This document shows, piece after piece, positions 43,212-53,095 of a stretch of DNA of 57,500 nt. The stretch lies in contig JAHFAI010000006.1 in the NCBI GenBank assembly GCA_023250635.1, positions 1 through 57,500 on the forward strand. Reading direction: 5' to 3'. Each line of letters starts with the position of its first letter. Position 1 is the first letter of the stretch. A program made the translations under genes and the position numbers. The notes under the pieces are model-generated. The model was not told where the DNA came from. It saw only the letters and a program-made list of their open reading frames with translations, and made no database searches. The stretch comes from Deltaproteobacteria bacterium. GTDB taxonomy: Bacteria > Bdellovibrionota_B > Oligoflexia > Oligoflexales > Bog-1112.

Positions 43212-45470
43212 TCAAGCACCAGCTAAGGGAAGCTCGATAATAACCAAGGTCCCTCGCGGCTCGTGGGCCGAGAGGCGTAGATAGCCTCCGTGATCGGAGA
43301 TAATTTGATTGACGATGGCGAGTCCTAAACCAGTACCTTGATCTTTGGTGGAAAAATACGGCTCTAAGACCCGATCACGCAGCTCCTTGGGAATACCGCA
43401 GCCATTATCAGCAATCTCGATGCGCACCAGACGCAGCTCTTGCAAGTAGGTACAGCCAATAGAGATAATCCCGAGGCGACCGTTTTCTAAGGCGGCAAGC
43501 GCGTTGGTCAAAATATTAACGAAAACTCGCTTGAGCTGCTCTTTGTCTATGGGAAAACTCGGCACCTCAGCCAGTCGCTCCATCTCAAAAGTTACCTCTG
43601 GATAACTGATCCAGAAAAGCTTGCTCACCTCTAGCAAGAGCTCTTTAAGGTTAGCGTTTTGCGGTTTGATGCTGGGCAAACGAGAAAATTTGGAAAACTC
43701 ATTGACTAAATCGCGCAGCGAATCAACCTGAGTAATAATCGTTTCGATACAGGTCTCGAATACTTCGCGGTCATCTTCAGCAAAATTGTTATGAAAGCGT
43801 CGCAGTAAGCGTTGAGCACTGAGCTTAATCGGGGTAATCGGGTTTTTAATCTCGTGGGCAATGCGCCGGGCTACTTCTCTCCAGGCTGCTACTTTTTGCG
43901 CACGCAGCTGCAAGCTGGCATCATCAAAAACCACCACCACCCCAATCTCGATATTGCTTTCATCATAAATTTTTGTGCCGCTGGCAATAAGCACCAGCTC
44001 AAGGCCGTCATTACGCAAGCCCAATTGCCCCTGAAAATTCGCATTTTGGTGCAAAGCCATAGCTATCGGCTGCCAAAAGGCTTCGTAGGCATCTCGAGAA
44101 AGAGCCTTATCCATCGAATTACCCCGCACCATACTACTATGAATGCCCAAGAGACGTTCTGCAGCTGAATTAACCGAGATAATATGATCGTGAGCATCGA
44201 GGGCAATAACCCCAGTGCTGATGTTTTTAAGCACGATCTCCATATACTGGCGCCGCTGCTCTAACTCTTCGTTGCTACGCTGCAAATGGGCTTGGGCCTC
44301 TTCGGTCTGCCGTTGATGCTCGCGCAAGTCTGCGGTCATCAAACTAAACGCCGCAACCAATTGGCCGATTTCATCATTGGTGGCTTTGGGAAGGGCAACC
44401 GCATAATTACCAAGGGCTATATCTTTAGTGGCTATAGCTAAGCTCTGCAAGGGACCGGTGATTTTGCGCGCCACATAAAAACCCATCCAGGTCGCCGAAA
44501 AAATAATCATCAGAGTAACCACAATCATCAAAACCATATAGCTACCGCGGATCAGCTGCGCTCCCGGTTTAATATCGGCGAATTCTTCCATAATGGTTTC
44601 GATGCTTTTCAGCAACTGAGTTTCAAAACGCATCTCGGTTACCACCACCCCGAGGAGCCGTTGATTGTAGGGATCACGAATTGGCGCGACCCCCTTAACT
44701 ACATCCTGCTGATCATCGTCAACAACAAAGCTGTATTCGCCAATCTTGGGGTTTTCTAAAAATATTTTGATACATTCGCGAACGTAGGGATCAACTTTTA
44801 GAGAATGACGTTCAAAGCCCACACCAGCAGGATTACCACCAATATGTTGTCCTGCCGTATCAAAGACCTTAATGGCGCTTATCCCATACTCGTGGGCAAA
44901 GCCCTCGAGGCGACTTGCTTCCACCCCGGCACTTTCGCTCGAAAAAATATCCGCAGGCCCCAGAATATCCAGACGTTGCATGGCAATTTTAGCTAAACTC
45001 TGCAGACGTTTTTGATCCTGTTTGTAGATTTGCGATCCCGCTTCACGGGTTTGCTGCATGGTAATGCGCACTTTTTCGGAAAACCAGGTTTTAAAACTCG
45101 AGGTGATAAACTGCATGGAGATATAGAACAGCAATACCGTCGGAGCAATGGCAAAAAAGGCCAGAGCACAAATAAGCTTTGTTTTAAGCTTTGCACCCAA
45201 AACTCCGTGACGACGTTCAATAATTAATTTAGTCACATTACGAAAGATGAGGAAACTTAAGAAGAGAATAAGAATGACATTGATATTTATTAGCGAAAAA
45301 TAGGAGATGGTAGAAAACAACTCGCGATTTTCTGAGAGGCTTTCGTTAAGAAAAAAGTTCTTACTTTCATAACGGGATAAAACTACCAGCAACAGAGTAA
45401 CTATGCCAATAAGGATAAGCTCGTGACGACGTTTCTTTTCTTCAAGACCGAAGGAAGGGATTAACTTCAT
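43212..45470 (-). CDS. ntrY: Membrane sensor histidine kinase (HAMP-PAS-HisKA-HATPase), NtrY-like
   Basis: Three N-terminal TMs, GAKLKTKL, HAMP, AWREVARRIAHEIKNPITPIKLSAQRL, DNGCG, EPYFSTK..GTGLGLAIV. Confidence 0.9.
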   Translation of the reverse strand: MKLIPSFGLEEKKRRHELILIGIVTLLLVVLSRYESKNFFLNESLSENRELFSTISYFSLININVILILFLSFLIFRNVTKLIIERRHGVLGAKLKTKLICALAFFAIAPTVLLFYISMQFITSSFKTWFSEKVRITMQQTREAGSQIYKQDQKRLQSLAKIAMQRLDILGPADIFSSESAGVEASRLEGFAHEYGISAIKVFDTAGQHIGGNPAGVGFERHSLKVDPYVRECIKIFLENPKIGEYSFVVDDDQQDVVKGVAPIRDPYNQRLLGVVVTEMRFETQLLKSIETIMEEFADIKPGAQLIRGSYMVLMIVVTLMIIFSATWMGFYVARKITGPLQSLAIATKDIALGNYAVALPKATNDEIGQLVAAFSLMTADLREHQRQTEEAQAHLQRSNEELEQRRQYMEIVLKNISTGVIALDAHDHIISVNSAAERLLGIHSSMVRGNSMDKALSRDAYEAFWQPIAMALHQNANFQGQLGLRNDGLELVLIASGTKIYDESNIEIGVVVVFDDASLQLRAQKVAAWREVARRIAHEIKNPITPIKLSAQRLLRRFHNNFAEDDREVFETCIETIITQVDSLRDLVNEFSKFSRLPSIKPQNANLKELLLEVSKLFWISYPEVTFEMERLAEVPSFPIDKEQLKRVFVNILTNALAALENGRLGIISIGCTYLQELRLVRIEIADNGCGIPKELRDRVLEPYFSTKDQGTGLGLAIVNQIISDHGGYLRLSAHEPRGTLVIIELPLAGA

Positions 45471-46195
45471 TACTTCTCAATATAGAGGGGAATGGAGCCA
45501 AATTCATAGGCGCCATTACTGACAACGATAGCATGGGAGCTGGCTGCTGCAGGCAGGTTCTGCTTCTCTAGGGCCCCATCCCCTAAGAAAGCAACGGCAA
45601 AACCTACTGCTCTAGGGTCATGAATCGAGGTGGCAACCCGGGTGACCTTAAAAAGATCATCGCCCTTAACCACCAAACGCTCTCCCGGACGCACCACCCG
45701 CGGCTCTCCATTCACCCTAACTTCCACATAAGCAAGCTTCGGTTCACGAGCTTCGAGAAAAACCTTACCATGGATCAGGTTTTTGGTGGAAGCCATGATC
45801 ATATAGCGCTTTGCTTCCCCCGATTTTTGCTCATTCGCCTCCAGCAACTCGCTTGCCGTATCAATGGTATAGCCACGCAGATCTTTAAAATAAGGGGTAT
45901 TTACCGGCTGGTAGCCTACTATGCTCACCATCGCGATATCTTTTTTTCTATTGCTTAAGCTTGCTTCCTGTATTTCCAGCTTATCGCCACGCATAAAGTC
46001 CAAGGTTCCACCACTGGCGACGAGCCGTGGCTGCCCATTTACGGCGATAATTATCGAGCTGAGGCACTCGGCGGGCAGCTGCGCTTCTTTATAAGAGCGG
46101 TATTCCTGTGCTACGCTAGGAAAGTTGCCTTGGCCAGCTTCACCACGAGCTCCCCAGAGCACAACCAGAAACCAAATTTGTTTACCCATTAGCAT
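45470..46195 (-). CDS. Hypothetical exported protein, translationally coupled to ntrY
   Basis: Signal-like N-terminus; TAATG stop/start overlap at 45470. Confidence 0.6.
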   Translation of the reverse strand: MLMGKQIWFLVVLWGARGEAGQGNFPSVAQEYRSYKEAQLPAECLSSIIIAVNGQPRLVASGGTLDFMRGDKLEIQEASLSNRKKDIAMVSIVGYQPVNTPYFKDLRGYTIDTASELLEANEQKSGEAKRYMIMASTKNLIHGKVFLEAREPKLAYVEVRVNGEPRVVRPGERLVVKGDDLFKVTRVATSIHDPRAVGFAVAFLGDGALEKQNLPAAASSHAIVVSNGAYEFGSIPLYIEK

Positions 46196-46231
46196 CTTTG
46201 CCCCCTAACTGGTTTTAACGGCGAGACCACT

Positions 46232-47122
46232 ATGAAAATCACCAATGCTACCCTGATTGAATCCTTCGCCCGCTACCTCGCTGATCAGGGCAAACAACCA
46301 GCCACCATCGAATCCTATGGACGGGATGCCGAGAATTTTTGCCGCTATTTGGAGACGCACCGCATAGCCTTAACTGAGATCGAAGCGCAAATTCTCAGCT
46401 ACTATCAAGGGTATTTAGCTGTTACCTGTCATGATAAACCTAATTCGATTCGCCGCAGTATCATTGGAATTAGGCAATTTTTCCGCTATCTAGAAGCCAT
46501 TAGGTTCATTGCCTCCTCTCCCTTCGATCAGCTACCACTACCGCCACGAATAGAAGACCTACCTGCTGCTCTTGATCCCCAAAGCGTCGCGAACTTGATC
46601 AGGACTTCGCTCAGCAAAAATCCTCCTCCAAAAGCGGAACGAGATGCAGCAATCTGTTGCCTGCTAGCCTTTGAGGGGCTTAAGGCGAGCGAGTTGGTCC
46701 GCCTGAAATGGAGCGATTATTTTGCCAACGATGTGCTGCCCACCTTACGCATAGACCCAGCCAGCCCTCAACGCAGTCCCCGTTTGCTGATGTTGCAAGC
46801 CGAAACTTCCCTCTATCTCAATCGCTATAGCAAGGCTCTGCGGGAATGGGAACACCCCTTTTGGCATTCAGAGCACAATAAAAATATGATGTTTATTGGT
46901 TTTAAAGGACGCCACCACCTCAGTCCGCTTCCTCATCTGACTCGCCACGGGCTTAAATTTATGCTCTACGAACTGGGGGCAAAGGAATCGCTTCCCCATT
47001 TAAGCACCGAACATCTCCGCCACTTTGCTATTAATTTTCTTCTTTCCCAAGGCCTATCAAGCGAGCAGGTTATGATCCATTTTGGTCTGCGGCGTCTAGG
47101 AAATATCGCTAAATATCTATAA
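46232..47122 (+). CDS. XerC/D-like tyrosine recombinase with degenerate catalytic residues
   Basis: Core-binding domain (TIESYGRD, SIRRSIIGIRQFFRYL); GLKASEL, TEHLRH, HFGL, IAKYL*. Confidence 0.8.
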   Translation: MKITNATLIESFARYLADQGKQPATIESYGRDAENFCRYLETHRIALTEIEAQILSYYQGYLAVTCHDKPNSIRRSIIGIRQFFRYLEAIRFIASSPFDQLPLPPRIEDLPAALDPQSVANLIRTSLSKNPPPKAERDAAICCLLAFEGLKASELVRLKWSDYFANDVLPTLRIDPASPQRSPRLLMLQAETSLYLNRYSKALREWEHPFWHSEHNKNMMFIGFKGRHHLSPLPHLTRHGLKFMLYELGAKESLPHLSTEHLRHFAINFLLSQGLSSEQVMIHFGLRRLGNIAKYL

Positions 47123-47133
47123 AGGAACAGCCC

Positions 47134-47598
47134 ATGATTGAGATGTATATGCAGCGCGCCCTTGCTTTGGCCGAGCATGCTGCCAGCCTCGGTGAGGTGC
47201 CCGTAGGAGCGGTGGTGGTGCATAAGGGAAGGATAATTGCCGAAGGTTTCAACCAGCGGGAAACCAGTAAGTGCGTAACTCGTCACGCCGAACTTATTGC
47301 CCTCGAAGAGGCCTGCCGCATCTTGGGACAATGGCGCTTAGTTGCATGCAGCCTCTATGTAACCCTCGAGCCTTGCTTGATGTGCTCTGGGGCACTCTAT
47401 CAGGCAAGAATTGCCCAGGTCTACTATGGCTGTAAAGATCCAAAGTTTGGTGCACTGGGCAGTCTTTACACCATCAATAGCGACCCGCGCCTCAATCATC
47501 GCTTCGAGGTATTTCCTGGCTACCTGGAAGAGGAAAGTTCCCAGATACTCAAAGCCTTCTTCAAGCAACGCAGGAAAAATCCCCCGAAAACTGAGTAA
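47134..47598 (+). CDS. tadA: tRNA adenosine(34) deaminase
   Basis: GEVPVGAVVV, HAE, TLEPCLMC, DPK.GA.GS, LNH, FFKQRR. Confidence 0.92.
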   Translation: MIEMYMQRALALAEHAASLGEVPVGAVVVHKGRIIAEGFNQRETSKCVTRHAELIALEEACRILGQWRLVACSLYVTLEPCLMCSGALYQARIAQVYYGCKDPKFGALGSLYTINSDPRLNHRFEVFPGYLEEESSQILKAFFKQRRKNPPKTE

Positions 47599-47599
47599 A

Positions 47600-50080
47600 T
47601 TAGGCCCGAGAAGCTAAACTCTCCACATTGCCATGCACATTAACCTCGCCTTTTTTGTATTCATCGAGATTGAAGGCATCGACCTTGGTGGCTTCGACCA
47701 TGGCGAGCTGAGCTGCAGCCACGGACTCAGCTTCTTCGCTGCTAATAACCCCTTTTTCAAGGGCGAGCTTGACGAAGTTCTGGGGTTTGCCAAAGGGAAT
47801 AATCCGTTCGCGCATTGCCGCCCGGATTTTCTTCATCACCTGACGGGATTGATAATTTAGCTCGAAGGCATGCTCGAGGATAGCATAAGCCTCCTTAGGG
47901 TCCTTGGGGATGTAAATACCGGGAAGAGTAAGCGCATCGCGCTGGGCTCCGGGGGTCATCATCGCCTTGGCAATTTTTTGAGTTATGACATCACTCGGTA
48001 GACGAGAGAACATATTGAGGCGTGACCAAAAACCGATGGGATAGCGCATAATTTTGCCGAGCACAGGAACGTCAAAGTTAGCAAAGAGCCCATCAAAAGC
48101 GAGTTGAATCTGCACAAAACCATACTGGGCAGCGTAGTGGACAAAAATTTCGTGATCCTTCTGCTGCCCTTCAGCTTCGTAGCGACGCAAGGTGGCAGCA
48201 ATCAGATACATCCAGGAAAGAATATCGGCCAAACGCCCGGTAATTTGCTCCTTGAATTTAAGCCCCCCACCGAGGCTCGCCATAGCCACATCAGCCAAAA
48301 ATGCAAAAGATGCGGAGGCCCAGGAAAGCTTGCGATAGTATTGGGCCATGGGACTTTTTGGGGTGCGCACTAGGGCGCCACGAGTAAGAGTAAGCAGCAA
48401 AGCCCGAGAGAAGTTGCGCAAACCGTGACCAATATGTCCCCAGAAAGCCTGATCAAATCCAGCTAAATCGCCGTTTTCTAAAGCCAGTACTTCTTTGTAA
48501 GCGTAAGGATGACAACGAATTGCCCCCTGGCCAAAGATGATCATGGTCCGGGTAAGAATGTTTGCCCCCTCAACGGTAATGGCGATAGGAGCACAAATAT
48601 AGGCGTGGGAAAGCAAATTAAGGGGTCCGCGGGAGATTCCTTGGCCCCCACTAACGTCCATCGCATCGTTAATTAACTTACGTCCCAGCTCGGTGGAGTG
48701 ATACTTAGCAATGGCAGAAACAATCGACGGCTTAATACCCTGATCAACTGCACCTACCGTATAGATACGCATGGCTTCCATAAGATAGGTAAGTCCGCCA
48801 ATACGACCGAGCACTTCCCCCACCCCTTCGAAGTTACCAATAGAAAGCCCAAACTGATGACGAACGCTGGCGTAAGCACCAACAATACGGGTTAGAGATT
48901 TTGCCCCGACGATGGCTTGAGCAGGTAAGGAAATCGAACGCCCAGCGGCGAGACATTCCATAAGCATCTTCCAGCCGTGCCCAGCACCTTCGACTCCACC
49001 GATAATTTGCTCAACCGAAACAACCACGTCTTTACCGTAAATTGGGCAGTTGTAGAAGGGTACGCCGAGGGGATCGTGACGCTTGCCGAGAACTACCCCT
49101 GGCGCATTACTGGGCACCAGAACACAGGTAATACCAAGGTCGGTCCCTTTGCCTAAAAAGTTATTCGGATCGAGCATTTTAACTGCCAAACCAATAACGG
49201 TTGAAACCGCGCCAAGGGTAATATAGCGCTTTTCCCAATTAAGCTTGAGATAGAGTTTGCCATCTTCTTTACGAAACAATACCGCGGTAGAAGTCATCGA
49301 ACCTGCATCCGAGCCTGCTTGGGGCTCGGTCAAGCCAAAGCAGGGAATTTCTTCACCACGAGCGAGACGGGGCAGGTAATAGTCTTTTTGTTGCTTAGTT
49401 CCATAATGGATCAACAATTCTGCCGGGCCAAGGGAGTTAGGCACCATACAAGAAATAGAGAGGGGTATGGAACGCGAACCGAGCATCCCTACTACCGAGC
49501 TATGGGCAAGGGCAGAAAAGCCCAAACCGCCGTATTCTTCGGGGATAATTAGACCGAGAAAACGCTCTTTCTTTAAATATTCCCATACTTCCGGGGAGAG
49601 ATCTCCTTCTTCATAGGCCCGGTAATCCTCCGTCATCTCGCAAATCTTAGTACATTGATTTTTCAAAAACTGTTGCTCACGTAAAGTGAGCTTGCCGTAG
49701 GGCTCGTTCAAAATACGCTCGAAATCGGGCTTGCCCGAAAACAATTCGCCATCAATCCAAGCGCTCCCTGCTTCTAAGGCGATGCGTTCAGTTGAAGAAA
49801 TCACCGGTAAGAGCTTCATCTTGTGAAAGATTTGCATTATTTTTTTGGATAGATAATTACGCCGAAATTGGGGCAGATTAAACGCCACGAAAACAAGAGC
49901 CACAAGCAGCAGCAAGACCTTAGGCAAACCGAGGAGCCACAAGACTCCCACCATCGCCAGACTCGAAAACAACAAGGATACCCCAAAATACCCGAGACCC
50001 AGGATGGTTCCCCCGATAAGCAAACACGAGGTGAAGAACCCAAGATGTTGTCCGAGGGAATTAAAAAACAGCGCACCCAT
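47600..50080 (-). CDS. fadE: Long-form membrane acyl-CoA dehydrogenase
   Basis: TERIALEAG, MVPNSLGPAELL, CFGLTEP.AGSDA, NWEKRYITL, ITVEGANILTR; ATG 50080 with AGGAGG. Confidence 0.93.
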   Translation of the reverse strand: MGALFFNSLGQHLGFFTSCLLIGGTILGLGYFGVSLLFSSLAMVGVLWLLGLPKVLLLLVALVFVAFNLPQFRRNYLSKKIMQIFHKMKLLPVISSTERIALEAGSAWIDGELFSGKPDFERILNEPYGKLTLREQQFLKNQCTKICEMTEDYRAYEEGDLSPEVWEYLKKERFLGLIIPEEYGGLGFSALAHSSVVGMLGSRSIPLSISCMVPNSLGPAELLIHYGTKQQKDYYLPRLARGEEIPCFGLTEPQAGSDAGSMTSTAVLFRKEDGKLYLKLNWEKRYITLGAVSTVIGLAVKMLDPNNFLGKGTDLGITCVLVPSNAPGVVLGKRHDPLGVPFYNCPIYGKDVVVSVEQIIGGVEGAGHGWKMLMECLAAGRSISLPAQAIVGAKSLTRIVGAYASVRHQFGLSIGNFEGVGEVLGRIGGLTYLMEAMRIYTVGAVDQGIKPSIVSAIAKYHSTELGRKLINDAMDVSGGQGISRGPLNLLSHAYICAPIAITVEGANILTRTMIIFGQGAIRCHPYAYKEVLALENGDLAGFDQAFWGHIGHGLRNFSRALLLTLTRGALVRTPKSPMAQYYRKLSWASASFAFLADVAMASLGGGLKFKEQITGRLADILSWMYLIAATLRRYEAEGQQKDHEIFVHYAAQYGFVQIQLAFDGLFANFDVPVLGKIMRYPIGFWSRLNMFSRLPSDVITQKIAKAMMTPGAQRDALTLPGIYIPKDPKEAYAILEHAFELNYQSRQVMKKIRAAMRERIIPFGKPQNFVKLALEKGVISSEEAESVAAAQLAMVEATKVDAFNLDEYKKGEVNVHGNVESLASRA

Positions 50081-50266
50081 ACATCCTCCTACGTTGTACC
50101 GCAAAGAATGCGGTAAAAAATCTCTTCGGGATACCTAATCATAACTCTGTTAATCCCCGACGGATACCTGTTGTGGCACGAGGCATCCAGCGGCTGCGAT
50201 TTTATCCCCTATCAATAATGATTTCAAGTCATTAAACTTTTGAGTAGGCGGGAAAGAAAAAAGAGT

Positions 50267-51625
50267 TTAAGGATGAAGGGAGCGCCATTCGACCGAGTTT
50301 ATGCCCGACGGCAAGCCACTGCCGAGATCCCGACTGATCCGCAACCATAGAAACAACTGCGATTGGGCCTCCTCATCAGCGCTTAGCTTAAAAATTGGCC
50401 CGACCAGAGGGATCTCCTGGAATATCCCCAACCCCCGCTGACGATGCTCCTGGGATTGCAGGCTTATCTTGCCGACAATCTCGGCCTGATCAAGCAACAA
50501 CGTTACGCTGCTTTCCAAGGTACTTGAACGCAGGCGGCTATCCATGCCATTGGTGGGCTGCTTAAAGGAGAGCTTAAAGCTGAGCAAGACACTCGTTGCT
50601 TTTTGGGGGTAGAGAGTAAATTCCAGCTGTAGGCCATAACTCTTCCATAATTCCTTTGCTTGAATAATAACTCCATCATGTAGAGAAGGCCCGGCACTAC
50701 TATTGGCGGTGACAAACTCTCCCCCGCTGCTCAGCAGGACCTTCCGTCCAGCGCTCAACTTAACGATTGGCTCGCCAATAATCTTTATACCATTACCCAC
50801 CTCAAGAGAGCGCAAGCTGGGATTTGCCTTCCCCGTCAAGGTCTCCGACGAAAGAACCCCACCAAGAAACGAAAACGCATCGGCACCCCATTCTTTCATG
50901 GTGGTCTCGCCCACCTGCACCACCTTTGCCGCCAAATAATAAGAATAAATCTGCTGCTGATAATGGCACTGAAGAAGCAGCATTTTTGAGCTCACCAGGC
51001 CATGGCTCAGTTGATCAAATAAACCTTTTTGCAAGACCAATTCACGCTCTTCATCGCCCGTGCAAGCTATGCTGAGATGAGCCAGACCGGCAGGACTGAC
51101 CATAAGGGAAGGCTGCTCACCCAGTAACGAGGAGAGGTACGAACGCCACTTTTCTTGGCCAAGCAAGCTAAGCTGCCCATAAAAAATACAGTCGAAGTCT
51201 GCGCTACACGTTTTTTTGAGCTGAAAAAAACTCTGAAAGTCGCTGGTTACGCCGGAAATACTACCATCGCGGAGGCGAAGACCAGCTGTCTCTGCCAGAA
51301 TCGCCAGTTCTCGGACTCGAGGAGCTGACGCAAACGCTTTGGCAACGGTAATATGAAAGGACGAGACAATACTCTCAGCTGCATCCCCTGAGAGCACATA
51401 GAGAATCAAGAATCCTTCGCGCAGGCCAGTTAATTGAATTTTATTTGGCGCCAGAATGCGCACATCCACCAAGCCCTTGCGCGAAAGCTTCAGTTCAGAA
51501 AAATCACCTACCACGAATTCTCGTTTTTCAGCGATCTCCAAACCAACCACCTGCTCAGCGCTCCGCCCGCTCAGCAAAGAGCCGGCAAGAACAAAGAAAA
51601 AACACCACTTAAAGAAGCGAACCAT
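50267..51625 (-). CDS. Divergent Tad/Flp pilus secretin (RcpA/CpaC-like)
   Basis: N-terminal VDVRIL..NKIQLTGLREG; secretin-like EP..L.AG....LSSGGEF, WKSYGLQLEFT, GIFQEIPLVGPIFK. Confidence 0.65.
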   Translation of the reverse strand: MVRFFKWCFFFVLAGSLLSGRSAEQVVGLEIAEKREFVVGDFSELKLSRKGLVDVRILAPNKIQLTGLREGFLILYVLSGDAAESIVSSFHITVAKAFASAPRVRELAILAETAGLRLRDGSISGVTSDFQSFFQLKKTCSADFDCIFYGQLSLLGQEKWRSYLSSLLGEQPSLMVSPAGLAHLSIACTGDEERELVLQKGLFDQLSHGLVSSKMLLLQCHYQQQIYSYYLAAKVVQVGETTMKEWGADAFSFLGGVLSSETLTGKANPSLRSLEVGNGIKIIGEPIVKLSAGRKVLLSSGGEFVTANSSAGPSLHDGVIIQAKELWKSYGLQLEFTLYPQKATSVLLSFKLSFKQPTNGMDSRLRSSTLESSVTLLLDQAEIVGKISLQSQEHRQRGLGIFQEIPLVGPIFKLSADEEAQSQLFLWLRISRDLGSGLPSGINSVEWRSLHP

Positions 51626-52051
51626 AACTCACCTTAGCTGCCGGGGAGCACAGTGCCAAACGTGCTGCTTGGGTAAGCGCGACCACGCGAAAAAGTTTTT
51701 TATCCTTCGCTCCGAGAAACTCTGCCCAAAAAAGCAGATCCTTGCTCGCTAATTCAACCACCGCTTCTGGACTTTTTTGCACTAACAAGGCAAAATCTGG
51801 TTGATAGCGACAACGCAAGGCTGACGATCTCTCCCAGATCTTTGTTAAAGCAATGGGAATGCCAACCTTAGCAGTTGCCGCTTCTTCCGCAGATAAAACT
51901 ACTTTTCCCACAGTAAGGTAGGAATGGGCGGGTTTAAAACGCGACTGCGCTGCGGGGACAAGCTCCCCAGAACCACTGTTAATCAGCAGCCCTGACAACA
52001 AACAAGCGCCGTGACTAAGCAGTGGATGCCAGTTGCCTAAGGTAAGTCGCA
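51609..52051 (-). CDS. Hypothetical protein in the secretin operon
   Basis: Overlaps both neighbours; ATG 52051 (MRLTLG) preferred, 52133 possible. Confidence 0.45.
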
Positions 52052-52354
52052 TCGATAGGCCTTTTGCGGATGGGAAAGATTGGGATAGAAACGAAATTCC
52101 TGAGGCAGCACTCCCGGGTGCACGAACCAACAAATAGCACCAGCTGCGCGCTCACTCTCTCCCTGCCAAAAAGCATGATCGCTACGCGGAGGTAAACACT
52201 TGCTTGCGGCTACTTCTTCGTAAGCTTCAAGCTGGCTAGCACAGCGGTGATCGAGGGCAAAGAGAAAACTAAGCTGCCTTAGTAATAAAAACTGCTGCGT
52301 AAATATCAGCAAGCTTAGCATCAGTAAGAAAAAAGCTGGAGCAACTATACTCAT
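52037..52354 (-). CDS. Small N-terminally anchored protein (pseudopilin-like?)
   Basis: Hydrophobic N-terminal helix, Cys residues, TGATG coupling to the upstream gene. Confidence 0.5.
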   Translation of the reverse strand: MSIVAPAFFLLMLSLLIFTQQFLLLRQLSFLFALDHRCASQLEAYEEVAASKCLPPRSDHAFWQGESERAAGAICWFVHPGVLPQEFRFYPNLSHPQKAYRCDLP

Positions 52355-52764
52355 CAGCTGTTCTCCCCACTCTCACCAAATTGCTGAAATGAGGGCACCC
52401 AGTTAGGCCATAGGGGGTGCAGATGAGGATTGTCATTAAGTCGGAGGGTCTCCTTGAGTGAATAATGATTGCCTGAACAATTGAGCGTTTCTTGCCAGGA
52501 TTGGTTCTTGAGCAGGTACTGATGGAACCGCTGAGAAAGTAGCGCTTTTTTCTGTGGATAGTGTTTGAGCAAATAGGAATAAGCTACTTCGATGTTTTTT
52601 TTATTTGCCAGGTGAGAAGCGCACTTCATAACCAGCCATTGCGCGCGTTCCTCTGCTTTTAATTTTTCTTGTAAACGTTCTATCACTGACACACTAGCAA
52701 AACCTAGCTGCACAAGCATAAGAAGAGTTGCCACCAGGGCTGCAAAATTCAGCAAAAACAGCAT
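52354..52764 (-). CDS. Small N-terminally anchored protein (pseudopilin-like?)
   Basis: Hydrophobic N-terminal helix, two Cys; first gene of the operon. Confidence 0.5.
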   Translation of the reverse strand: MLFLLNFAALVATLLMLVQLGFASVSVIERLQEKLKAEERAQWLVMKCASHLANKKNIEVAYSYLLKHYPQKKALLSQRFHQYLLKNQSWQETLNCSGNHYSLKETLRLNDNPHLHPLWPNWVPSFQQFGESGENS

Positions 52765-52803
52765 ATATCAAGCCTTTGCCGTATATTGTAGTTACAATTT
52801 ACG

Positions 52804-52957
52804 TAACTAGGCCGTGGCGCGAAAGCGCCACGGCCGTGTCCTGAGGAGCAAAGCGACGAAGGATCTGTCACGTGATATCCGGATGTTATGTGAAAGATCC
52901 TTCCTCACTGCGTTCGTCAGGACACGGCGCTGGCGCTTTCGCGCCAGCGCCTAACTA
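52804..52957. repeat. Composite repeat A-B-A flanked by direct TAACTA
   Basis: TAACTA 52804..52809, hairpin 52810..52835, core 52836..52925, hairpin 52926..52951, TAACTA 52952..52957. Confidence 0.92.
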
Positions 52958-53095
52958 CTCAGCACTTTTTCAACTACTCAAGGCTTGGTGCAGTTTTGCT
53001 GCTTTCAAGGAGCGAGCAGCAGAGCAGCCGTCTGGCTGTGAGCATGCGCAGCAACGAAGAAAGCAGCAAAACTGCACCAAGCCTTGAGTAGTTAC
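52952..53095. repeat. Repeat module C with perfect 35-bp inverted arms
   Basis: AACTACTCAAGGCTTGGTGCAGTTTTGCTGCTTTC (52972..53006) and its exact reverse complement (53059..53093). Confidence 0.92.

Noticed and set aside
47134-47598. Deaminase next to a recombinase-like gene as a DNA-editing or defence system
   Set aside because: The protein has all the hallmarks of housekeeping TadA (EVPVGA, DPK.GA.GS, LNH, FF..RR) and no extra domains.
52872-53087. 71-aa ORF on the + strand
   Set aside because: Lies entirely within repeat modules B, A and C.
52804-53095. Repeat cluster as a CRISPR array or integron attC array
   Set aside because: No regularly spaced identical repeats with unique spacers, no cas or intI gene, and no clear RYYYAAC/GTTRRRY attC architecture.
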